Source: Eremomyces bilateralis CBS 781.70 (lineage: Eukaryota). Taken from it: a DNA stretch of 64,000 bases. Where the stretch lies: NCBI GenBank assembly GCA_010015585.1, contig ML975157.1, one strand, 5' to 3'. The notes below the pieces were generated by a model. That model had not been told where the DNA came from and did no database searches. It saw only the letters and a list, made by a program, of their open reading frames with translations. The translations under genes and the position numbers were made by a program. This document shows positions 25,216 to 36,916 of this stretch, piece after piece. Numbering within the stretch: position 1 is the first letter of the stretch; each line of letters opens with the position of its first letter.

Positions 25216-27345
25216 TTAGGTGATCACGACAGCAACACTAGAGGGGTATTCGTTAGTGAAACGGGAACCGAGGTCAACCGGGATCGGGGACTTACTGGTC
25301 ATCCATATACTTGCTGATGTCACCAAGGAATGCCGCTGCGAAGATGCAGAGGACACCAAATGGAATGCTGGCATAATACACAAATCTGTTACCAGTCAGC
25401 AGAGATACATCTTATGTGGGAAGGCCGGCGCATACTTGTACGAGGCGGCAAAGGCAATTTGGCCCGCCTTGACGATAGCCGCGTGGACCACGGGGTTGTC
25501 AAGTCCTGGGAGATGAGCGATTTCGTCGGTTTGAGAGGCCCCGGTAAGTTCGATGACTTCTGTGATGAGATCCACGTCGTAGATGCCCAATTTGGTCACC
25601 ATCAGGCCGCCGATATAGAACTTGGCGTTCTCGGTGAACTTGTTGACGAAGACGTTGTAATAGACGCTGTAGCCGATGACCCCGCCGATGACACGGATGG
25701 CGAGTGTCAGAGCCGCGACGGTTGCAATCAAGTCGTCGGGGCATATGATGGTCGTGATAATTGACGCTGGTACGAGGATGCCACCGATGCCGAGCCCGGC
25801 GAGGACGAGGATCCCCCAGAGTTGGTGCATGTTGTCCGTTTCCCCGATGGCCATGGCGCCACACCCGGCGGTCATCAAGACGGACGAGGCGACCATCAAA
25901 GCTCGGATCTGGCCGCGGAGCACACTGATCAGGACGAGAACGACGCAAGCGCCAGTCATGATGGCTAGGCCGATCGGAAGTCCACGGAGGCCGATGCCGA
26001 CGGGGTCATGGCCGTATACGTTGAAGGCTTGGGTGGGCCAGAACATGAGGACGGCGAAGAAATTGGCACCGGAAATAAAGGTGATGACGAGCGTCAGGGC
26101 GAGAACACGCGGGTTTTGCTTCAGGCGGTGGGGGAACATCGGGTGCTTCGCCCACTTAGCTTCCCATACAGCAAAGACAATCAGAATGAGAGCGCCAAGG
26201 ATCAGGGGAACCAAGACATGCACAGTGGCCCACTTGTACTGACTTCCGCCCCATTGGAGACCCCTATGGCTGGTTAGGATGGATGGATTTTCGACTCGTC
26301 TCGAGCACACTCACATCATAAAAAGGATCATGCCCGAAATCGAAAGGAACCCTCCGATGAAGTCAATCTCGGCGATGACCTGTTTCCGGGACAGGCCCGC
26401 CGAGTTGACTCGGGGAGGGGGGAAGTAGAAGAAGGCGATTCCAAGGAGGCCGACGAAAGCCCAGACGCCACAGAAAAGGCCAATGTAGCGCCAGGTCGCG
26501 TAGTAGCAGATCAGCTGCGCGTACAGGACGGACGGCACGAAGGGAATGATAGTGAAGATGAGGGCGGCGATGTAGGTGCCTCGCTTTCGGGTTGGTGCCA
26601 TTTCCGAGGCCGCGGCAAGGGCGGTCAACTCGTTGATCCCGGCGCCTGCTCCCATGAAGACATGGCCGGCTGCATCGTATTAGCGGTTGCGATTCCGATG
26701 TCCAAGCTTGGAAAGGCACTCACCGATGAAGATGTTCATCGACTTCGCGGTCGCTCCGATGATATTACCGATGACGAGGAAAGAGGCGCCGATCATTGCG
26801 ACATAGCGACGGCCAATCAAGTCTGATATACTACCAACGAAGGGACAGACGGCAGCGCTGATGGGATATCAGTTATAGCACCGGGATAGGGGTCTATGGA
26901 CTACTTACAGGGCCAAAAGATTCGCTATAATGAACCACGTCCATCGATCAGAACCGCCAATGTCGCCGTATATGTACGGTGGTGCCTACTGGAGTAAGCA
27001 AGGATTTGCTTGATAGGGGAGGGAACTGCGCAACTTACACCACCATAGAGGTATACGGGGATCTGGGAGCCGGTCCAGAGAAGCGCCATGCTCACGAGGG
27101 ACATGAACCGCTTGAAGGTCATCTAGTTTACGGTCAATTGCTGGTCTGGCGAAGCGGATTCGGGTCGGCCTCACCTTAGGCTCATGGTCATGGTCCAAAC
27201 CGTCGCCATACGTTCTCAGGCCATCTTTCTCGTAATAATTGTCGTGCCCAGGGACCTTCTCCGCAGTGTGAACCTGCTCCAACTCAGTCGGGCTGCCCTT
27301 CTCAACCACCTCATGGCGGCGTTCTACCGAACTGCCTGAACTCAT
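25216..27345 (-). CDS. MFS transporter, TRI12 (fungal trichothecene efflux pump)-like 14-TM family, multi-exon
   Basis: DGLRTYGDGLDHDHEP N-terminus, LWTGSQIPVYLYGG, GSISDLIGRR, GAGINELTALAAASEMAPTRKRG, and C-terminus ISKYMDDH|VAVVIT*. Confidence 0.9.
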
Positions 27346-30300
27346 GATGAATTAGGTAAAATGGCGGTGCTAGCGGAATTGACAAACTCTCAAGCACCTA
27401 ACAGTGAGAGTTCTTAAGAAGGAACCTAAGTAAAGAGAGAGCAAGGAAAACCAGGCCCGTGATATGGAGAAGAAATGGAGTCCAGAGAGCAGCGAGGGGC
27501 AAACTGCTGGCAATATAAAAAGTGGCAAGAGTCGATTTATGTAGGGAATGACTTGGGCAAAGATCTGTGGGTATGCTGGGTCTAAGCAGAGTGGGTGTTT
27601 CCAGGATCCCACGCCATCGCAATTCGCAACTCCTGCTGTGCCGTCGAAGATTCATTTACATAGAAATGGAAGAAGACTGCGAAGGATGCATGGCACCCTG
27701 GTCATTCGGAATGCTATGCGCCTTCTAGGGCCGAAGCTGGGGTTGAGGGATGGACCGAAGTCTGACAGTGGTCAGTGGGCAGATTCCCATCCACACGCGA
27801 GTGATTCAACATCGCTGGGGGATGCATGTCGACGATAAAATATTGGAGATCCTTCGGTTCCGAGACAAGAACCAGCGGGGATGAGAGAAGCCCCAAGGAA
27901 GGGATCCAGAAAGGGGAAGGAAGCCCGAGACTGGATTGTTACCTGGTAGATAAATCAAAAATTGAGTATGGATGTGCCGCAGCGAACGGCGAACAGGACA
28001 AGCAGCTGGGGTACGGAATGCCTAGGCAAATTGCCACGGGTCGAGAGAGGCTTGAATGAGTTGTGAGGCCCCTGCGGTACAGGGATTCCCACGAATCCAC
28101 AGTCGAACAAAAGAACGGACAGAGGACATCTGGACACGAAATCAGAGATGGTTCAGGGCTTCCAGAGGACTTCCAGCGTTCAGTGGTGCATTATTCAGTA
28201 TTCTGCATCAAGCGCCTATCACCGATCGCGGGATGGTCATGAAGCTGTGAAGCCTCAGACCATCTAATCCAACCGTGCAGCGATCTAAGAGCGAAGTATG
28301 TGAACAGACCGAGGATAGTGACTTGTTGAGTGAAACTGTCAGGGTGAATAATAATGAACAATTGACTATTGAAGAGGTCCGACCGTCTGCCGTTCGATAC
28401 CCTGACAGGCTGACACTCCAACCGTTCCACGATCCAGCGATCCAACTCGAGAATCGAGGAATGAGGGATTACTGATTAGGGATCAGGGAGGGCATGCAGG
28501 GCATCCGGAACTGCGGAAGCCCTGGCCAAGCAATATTAAGCAACAGGCTTAATTCAGAATGAGCAGCTGGCGAGCCTCGGCGTTTCGAGTTGCCTTGGCC
28601 CTTGGACCAGAAATTGGGTCTTGGAGGGGTTGTAAATTAATTACATTTTCCAAGGAAGTGGCTAGTACCGACTCAAAAACGAGCAGGATTGGATGACTTG
28701 GATACACCGGATACCTGGGGTAGACTAGTCTGCAGAGTAGTCCGTGGAGTATTATTAGCATGTATTTGAGTAGGTACTCAGGACAAGTTAGGACTCAGGA
28801 GTCAGGAGAGACTGGAATCTTCCGTAACTACTGCGTATTCGTAGTTGGAATATTGAGTGGGTAACCCCCGCACTCTGCCTTTGGTCCCATTCACCAACTC
28901 GTTCGATTCTTCTCAGTTCGTCTTTCTTGGTTCAGCTTGGTTCATCCTTCTCCTTTCTAGCCAATGCCCGTCTTGAGATTTGAGATACTGTCTTAGCCTT
29001 TTGCTTTTCGATCTTATCTTTCACATCCTACGGAGTAGTTGCTCTATGTATCCTAGTAGCTATAATATTTATCTCTCCATGTACTCCATACGATAGATAC
29101 TCCCACCGATCCCCCCTGAACCCTTAACTATTGCCAAACTTCTCGTGGACTCGGCTCATATCATCGTCTAATGGTATTTTCGTCATCTCTTCTTAGTGTA
29201 CATAGTATACGGAGTATACTGCCTATACACGGCGATATTCAGCTATCCGCACGTATCCCCTCATCCTCCAGTTGGTCTCATACCACCCCTTCTGTGATCG
29301 GATCAGATGCCCAACCCTGCTTGCTCCCTTAGGCTAACTGTATACGCCTGTCCATTTCCTACCCAATCCACTGCCTGGCTTTCATCGCTTTTTCGCCGTT
29401 GGTGTGCCCGATGTCCCATGCGCCGTCAGACTATTCGAGTCGACCATCCATCGCGATGATAAACATGATACACGATGCATCCAATCAGGCCAGCCAGTAT
29501 TCATCATCTGAGGTCGATGGTCTGATGACCGGTATACAAGCGAGTCCAAGCGACTGATGTTGGTCGACGTTTGCCTGATCTTCGGATAACTGGTTGGTAA
29601 TGCCAAATAATATTAGTGGAATCTGGGGAATATGTGGTGCTGCGGGCGGGAACCGCCTCTGTTCCGCGTCTCCCCAGTCCACAACGCCCCCCAACGGGCC
29701 CGGATCTAGCGATCATGTGAGTTCATGATACACATGTCGACAGAAGTAAGCACGGAATTCGAAACTTCTTCCCTACATGGTTTCATGTCATCAGTTTTGT
29801 ATACAGATATTATATTGCCCTCTGTTATGGTCCCGGGGCCCGTAGCCTGGGCCCTTGAGTATGGCTGACGCCACAGGGATGTGGCTAGTGGGTGGCATGG
29901 AGGATTATCAAGGAGATAGTCATATGGGAGCTGTGTTAAGGAGCTGTGTTAGGATAGCAGAGAGAAGAGTTTATATCTCGCGCACAGAGGGGCTGGGAGA
30001 TTTCTTCCTTCTCTCTCTTCAGTTTAGATCAACGAAACTTGGTAATCGCAGATCTTGCGCATCTAGACCGTGTCACCCTCCGCTAATTCACGAAAAGGGT
30101 CGAACGTGCTATAGACTAGCACTTGTCTCCCTGCTTCGCAGGATATATGGTTAATCACAGGTTTTGCTCCAATGAAAAGTCGCCTGTCAGTCGCCATCGT
30201 GTCTCTTCTTTTTAAGGCCACTCCTCTACGCAGTATGCCTTGGTTGTTAGCATAGCCACCTAACCGCGTTAGCATCCGCAGATGTCGTTCGGCATGAACC

Positions 30301-31579
30301 GAATATGAACCCGCCGTGATCAAGGAATCCTAGGGAAATGCCCAAATGCGGGGAACAAGTTGAGATCTGGAAACATCCCCGTTGCCAGAGTCGATTTTAC
30401 GAGTTCGACGCTTCGAGGCTGTGCGCCTCGAGGCCGCCATTCGAGCCAACACGCAACACTCTGTTCACTCAGGGTTCGTCAAGCGCGATTGCGGCAGCTT
30501 CGCAAGGCTCGGGTTCCGGATGCGAGGGCTTCCATCAAGCCAGGCCACTGATTACTGGGTAGGGCATGATTGCATGAGACAACCGATGTCGAGGACTTGA
30601 GAGGTTGATCTCTCCTTACATAGTAAGGTGACTACATTCGGCAAGAGTTAACACTTCAGAGTTCAGCCTCGCCCTAATACATTGTTCGCGTTGCCGTCAT
30701 CAACCGTAGATATCCTAACCAATCTGCTTGCTCGCTGAACGACAAACACAGTGATATGCATGCCCTCGCGAGTAGCAACTTGCCAACACGTTTCTGGATT
30801 CTTGAATCTCGAGGGTGTCCGATCGGCATCCCGCTCCGGTTGCGGAGGTACCAGTCTATTGTAAACATGCATAAAGAAACCATACAATCAATGAACTTGT
30901 CCTCCACTTCCCTATTACATGTAGTAACCTCGAGGACCACATGCTTTTATTGATGGAACAGTCGTTGCTGTTGCCATCTTCGGAGCTGTCATAACTTTCG
31001 TGCTGGACACGGAGCCAATTGCCAGACCATCTCGTGTAACGCCTTAGGGGTTATACCAATGAACATGTTCTCAGTCGGACAGTAGGCTAGAAGAGCAGGC
31101 AGGCCCAGTATGCGTTCGATGCCAGTATGGCACCCTTTAGTCCCTGTATTTCCTGGGACTGAGTGGAATCCAAGATTTGTAGACCGGTGTCAGGCCATAA
31201 GGCCGAAAATATGAGGATATGGACTGACTGCACTGACCGGACCAGTGACGTGGGAACCACACACATGGCGATGCAGCTTTACTTCCTCTCTCCGACGAGA
31301 GAAATAGTCGTGCGCTCGATTTCTACCCATCTGAGCATTCGACCCACCCGAGCTTGGTTTCATGACCCCAGTGAGGAGGGACCCTCATGAAACCAGCTGC
31401 ATGTCTTCATGGACGCTTGGCAAATGCGGTTGGACTGGGAAAATGACACACGACTTCAACAATCAACTGAACGGGTAGAGCGCACATGAACTGTACAGCA
31501 AAGAACCGTACGGCCGATAAGCATGTCCATGAGATTCATTACCAAACCCAACTTTCTAACCGTCCTGTGAGAGCGAAGG

Positions 31580-33363
31580 TCAGTGGTCGTGATCATCTTC
31601 ATCCCAGCCACTTTCATGATCGCTTGGTGATTCATCATGATCCTCCTCCCACCCGTCTCCTTCCAGGTCCGGACTGCGAATGCCCCAGCTTAGGAGGAAT
31701 CCCAGGAAAGCGATGCCCGCAAAAACACCGAACGGCATCGCCTCGCCTTTCGGATGCAATCTCGTGGCGGCGGAGAACAACGCCCCGGAAACAAATGGGC
31801 CGACCGCTCGTCCGCCTGATGCTAGTGTTTGAGCCAGGCCGTTAATCTGGCCGAGGACCGCGTGTGATGGGGCCGAGTTAGTGATCTGGTGGGGTCAGCT
31901 GGTGATAGCGGCGCATGTCGTCACGGCCAACTTACGAGGAGAAGAGCACTTGTTAGCCCGCCAACGGCTGCCACGGTCTTGATGACGAGAATGGCTCCCA
32001 ACTCGACCCAGAGCAGGAGTTTGCCTTCACTCATGCCTGCGTAGCGCCCATCCGAAGATGTCTTGTAGCCCACCCATGGCATCAACAAGAAAGCGGCGAC
32101 GAAACCGGCTATGCTGACTCGGTACGACGCCCTATTCCCTAGCTTGTCTCTCAGGCGACCGTAGATGCCCACCTGAAATAGGATGGTCACAAGCCCAGAG
32201 AAAGACAGAGACAGGCCCACCTCTTGTGTGGAGAGGTCTCGTCCGGTGGGGGCTTTACCTTCTCCAAAGATCGGATACAACGTGTTGTATGCCACATTGG
32301 AAAGCGAAAATACAAGGTATGTCAACAGCAGAAGGACGGTATCGCGATTGAAAATATCGCGGTACGTGATCTTATCCATTGAGGTTCCTGGGAGAAGCCC
32401 CGAATATTCGTCGGGATCCTGAAGGTCATCCGAACCACCATTCCGATAATGGTTCAGACGAGCCCCGTGCCGTTCGCGCTGTGATAACGTTCTCACATAT
32501 GACGGTCGGTGCGAGCCGCCAGCGAACTGCCATATCCAGGCGAAGAGGTTTCCAATACGTTTGGGAAGAGGGGGTTGATCGCGAGCCGCTTCGTGGCTCT
32601 CTTCGAGGAGCCAGCATGCGAGACCGAAATCGACGAGGAGGATCGTGGCGGAGAAGATGTTCGGCGGCAAGTACGGATACGTCCCCCAGAATCCGTCATC
32701 GTCATCGACCAGGTTCACCAACATTCCGCCCACCGTCGGACCGGTGATTCCACCGAGGCCATAGACGACCGGAAGGTATGTAAACGCCCGTCCTTGATTG
32801 CTTCGATCCGTGAGTTCGCCTAAGACCGTGCTGACGACCCCTTGGTTGCCATTGACTAGGCCCATGAGCGTCTGAACCGCAATTGCGGCGCCTAATGTTT
32901 TGCAGAAGCCGAATCCCGCGAAGCACGCGGCCGTCATCACGGTCCCAAGAAGTATGACCGGCTTCCGCCCGATGCGGTCGGAAAGTAAACCCCAAAAATA
33001 TCCCGACGCACATTGCGCTAGCGCGAACGCGCTGGCGATCAAGCCAACGTACAGGCCGACGGTTGCCTGTGACACCCCGGGAAACCCAAGAGCCATCGCA
33101 GGGAGGTATGGACCGATGCTGTTCAGCGCGGTCTGTTCAGCCAGAGCGATGACCCCGAGGATCGCCAATTGCTTTTTCGGAAGAGGGGTTTCATCGTGGG
33201 GTTGTCCATTCTCATGGTTGGCATTGCGGGTGCTCGAATCCTGCGATCTCAGGCGTGAGTGAGGAGGTCCTTTTGAGGAGGGTGGATTCGTTGGAAAGGT
33301 TTGATAGTGAGGAGTGGACGACTCGCGCCGCGAAGGATCAAAAGCATCATCTGCGGCCTCCAT
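31580..33363 (-). CDS. MFS transporter, DHA1/ZIFL-like (one intron near 31934-31886)
   Basis: TPLPKKQLAIL, MFS motif A WGLLSDRIGRKPV, GLVNGNQGVV, GPTVGG, and last exon ITNSAPSHAVLGQINGLAQT...GRAVGP with an acidic tail. Confidence 0.9.
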
Positions 33364-34600
33364 GCTCCAAAAGATCTGTTTCAACAAGTATTAGGAAATT
33401 GATAGGCCGTATGAATCAGAACTGGACTGGAAACAATCAATCATGGGCTGTCAATCTCTTTTCACCCAAAGAGCATGGTGTGTCGTGCGAACCGGTCAAT
33501 ATTAAATAAAGGCGGCAGGTGAAGAACCAGGACAGGGCAACTGGCAATCCTTATCATGCGACTGGAACTGTTAACTGCGGAGTTAATGCCATAATGCTTG
33601 GAATTTGGGCCACGAAATACAGGCAGTCAATTGGGCCTGGATGGAAGAAATGTAATACATTGCGATTGCTTACAGAGTTACTTACTTGTACCTGGGCCAA
33701 AAAAAATCCGCAAACAGCTCCTCCGGAATGACGAAGCGGTTCAGGCCAAGGAAATCCTGCGCACATGCCTTTCGATGTCATCACTTCACAGGGCTTGTCA
33801 CGTGCTCATCCTATTCTCAGCTAGCTAGTCATCATCCGTCTCCACTCTCCACATCCGGTCTAATTCAAATCTGATTTATGCACGTGACCACTACTTCTTC
33901 AAGTTGAAGTAGAACAGTTCAAGCCCTAACTTATAACTATATGTATGATATTGGTCCTAGTTAAGGGATTGATCCTTCAGACAAGAAGTTCTAGTGCTAA
34001 CTTAGGCTGAGAGCAGACATACAACTGTGCAGGCCATGGGAAAGAAATGTACAATGCCCGTCCCCTACCAGTCGTTGATGGCACTTTGTACTGTTCCCTC
34101 GCTCAACGCTGGCTGATGTGTATCTGATAATTCATACTTGGTACTCCGTATTGATCAAGATCTGACACTCGCAAATTTCCGTTTGTTACAACCGTCCCTT
34201 AGGGGGAGTTTGAAAGATGGTTAATTGTGTGAATTGAATTGCATATCCTTTGTTACTTCTGTCACTGTATGACTGGACTCTCGTGTGTACTCCGTTCTGA
34301 CACAGAACAAACTCTCTGGCAGGGCTCCGTCTTGGCAGAGACTCCGTGAACGGCACACCAACCGAAGATTTCGGTCCTCACGCGCCGTAATCCAACTCGA
34401 GATGCAGACTGGGAGGTGAACGTCCAGCTGCAAGTGTCTGCATTATTTAATGGTCGAAAGTCCCTCCCATTTCCACGGTTCTCCCGGATATCCCCACAGT
34501 TCTCGACAATTCGCTCATTTGAGGCGTCGGATCTTCGGTTGAACCGCATTAGCTGACCTAGCTCTATCTATTCCAGTACTTCCAGGGAGACTCACTCGCA

Positions 34601-35232
34601 ATGTCTACTCAGCCATTATTCTCGTCGTCGTTAATATCACCGACTGTCCTCGCTTCCCTCCCCGAAGGCTACACCTGTCGGCCCCTACAGAGGGACGACT
34701 TCCACAATGGCTTCCTGGATGTCCTTCGAGTGCTGACGACGGTCGGAGATATCAGTGAATCGGCCTTCAACGAGCGGTACGATTGGCTTTCCAAGCGCAG
34801 CGATGAATACTTCCTGCTATGTATAATAGATGGCAGTGGGGGGATAGTGGGCACGGGAGCCTTGGTCGTGGAGAGGAAATTGTATGCACCTTCTCCAAAC
34901 CCCCTGAACTATCAAGGCCGGGCGACTAACGTGCTGCAGCATCCATTCGTTAGGGCTCGTCGGCCACATTGAAGACATTGCGGTCGCGAAAGATCAACAG
35001 GGCAAGAAGTTGGGTTTGCGAATCATTCAGGCGTTGGATCACATTGCAGAGCAAGTTGGATGCTACAAGGTACCAGCTCCACGCCATTCGGTTCTCCTGA
35101 CCTTAGCTAACGCCGGACCAGGTCATCCTCGATTGTTCGGAAGCCAACGAAGGATTCTACATTAAGTGCGGTTACAAGCGAGCAGGCCTCGAAATGGCCC
35201 ATTATTTCCAAGCGCCCAAGAGTAATGCATAG
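34601..35232 (+). CDS. GNA1: Glucosamine-6-phosphate N-acetyltransferase (3 exons)
   Basis: RPLQRDDFHNGFLDVLRVLT, GHIEDIAVAKDQQGKKLG (GNAT motif A) and GCYK|VILDCSEANEGFYIKCGY. Confidence 0.95.
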
Positions 35233-35400
35233 ACGATAAACACAATGGTGTGTGATTAGAGGTCAATATTAGACGGTCATCCTATGGTATCTCCTGTTTC
35301 CCTACCTGCGACAAAGGATCTTCGGCGGTGTAGGTCGGCTGGATTGTATCACGCTCGGATATGGGAATCCCGCCAATGTTCAATAGACATTTATGACTTC

Positions 35401-36392
35401 CTACGGCTTGGAATCCGGCATGTCGAACAGCTCCGTTAGCTCAGTGCTGGAATCAATCAAGCGATCTTCACGACAGTCATTATGAGCTGTGTGTCTGCTA
35501 CTGAACTTAGATTCCGCCTGCCTCTTAAGACCCTCCTCCCGCTTTCTTCGACGCCTTTCCTCCTGTCCCTCGGCTGCTACCTGATTCTGAGCATTATGAT
35601 TTGAGCCAAGGCGACCGTTCCGAAACAGCCCCTGTGAGAATCTTTCGATCCTTTTTGAATTTTCCGCAAAGCGTTTCTCGGAGACTAGTGCTATGCAATT
35701 GAGGTAGCTTTCATCCACCAAGGTGAAGAGTTCACCAGTGTCTGGTTCCTCGAAGCCGATGATCGAGTCAAGGCTCAACCCTGCTGAGCGAACGGCTACA
35801 ATAGGCATATAAGTCCCATCCGGTTGCGGATTAAGGGTGGCAATGCCGCTCTCTCGAAAGCCGGCCTGCAAGGCAGACGACGTGACGGACTCGGCATGCT
35901 CTAGCGATGCTGCGAGAACATGAAGGATCTATTTCTCGAATTAGTAGAGTCGCAACCTAGGAAAGCATAGGTATCCTGCCAACATACAAAGGGTTCGAAT
36001 TTGAAATGTATGAGTTTATGAGATTGCGGTAAGACCTTAGGGGGTTCTTTCCCATGCGATAGTTTCAAAAACGTGTGAAAATCGTCAACTTTGGGGAGTG
36101 TGCTGAAGGGGCAATGAGAGACAAATAACCATCTGCCACCCCCTTTCCCGCCGGAGTAATTGGAAACTGTGCCAGCGTCGGCAGTCGAAGGAGTCCGTCT
36201 ACCTTCGAGGAATACGCTTACACGGCCGGAGCAGCTGCTCGTAGTAACCAGCCCCGAAGACTTATTGATGTTTGAAATCAATTCCCGAATCTCCGCGTCT
36301 ATAGACCCTTTGGGGGATAGGTCGGAGTACTCATTTGGAGGCTTATCAAGTTCCTGGAGAATCAGGCTTTTTTTCTGCTCGAAAAGTCCCAT
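35401..36392 (-). CDS. TYW3: tRNA wybutosine-synthesis methyltransferase Tyw3 (2 exons)
   Basis: DLSPKGSID, TTSSCSGR, FKFEPF|ILHV, AGFRESG and VAVRS motifs. Confidence 0.92.
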
Positions 36393-36916
36393 GATTGGAT
36401 CTGGCACGCTTTATCTCCTGCGCGGTTTCGATAACTGATGGTGAGTGAAAATATATCCAAGTACGCGATTTTCGCGTTCGGCCTCTGCTTGGTTGCCAAG
36501 TGTTAATGAAGCCAATTCGGAGTTGATGACTGCGGCGGGAACTGTGAGGGTGGTGCAGCAACAAGAAGTCTGGCGATTCTTGGTTACAGGTAGAGTTTCG
36601 ATATATCTGCGCCAGGACTTTGGCGAATTCTGGTGGAAGTGTGCTGGTGAAATAGGGAATTGTTGCACTAATTAATATCATATTCTCAGGCGGGCTATGG
36701 ATACCTGGCCAAAGCGTCTATCACAGGTATCCAATCGGTATCACTCAATGACGACTTCACCTCCTTTACATGAGTACTGACTTCTTTACGGAATACCCAT
36801 CTGCACTTTATCTTCTCTTACTCGCGATTCGAGCGAACCAATCATTTAAACTAATATATTCTGGCTACGGATTGGATACTTTCACACGACGCGTATGTTG
36901 GATATCTGGACACAGC

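Noticed and set aside
21848..27345. Methyltransferase, BTB protein and TRI12-like pump as a secondary-metabolite cluster
   Set aside because: No PKS, NRPS, terpene synthase or other backbone enzyme in the window.
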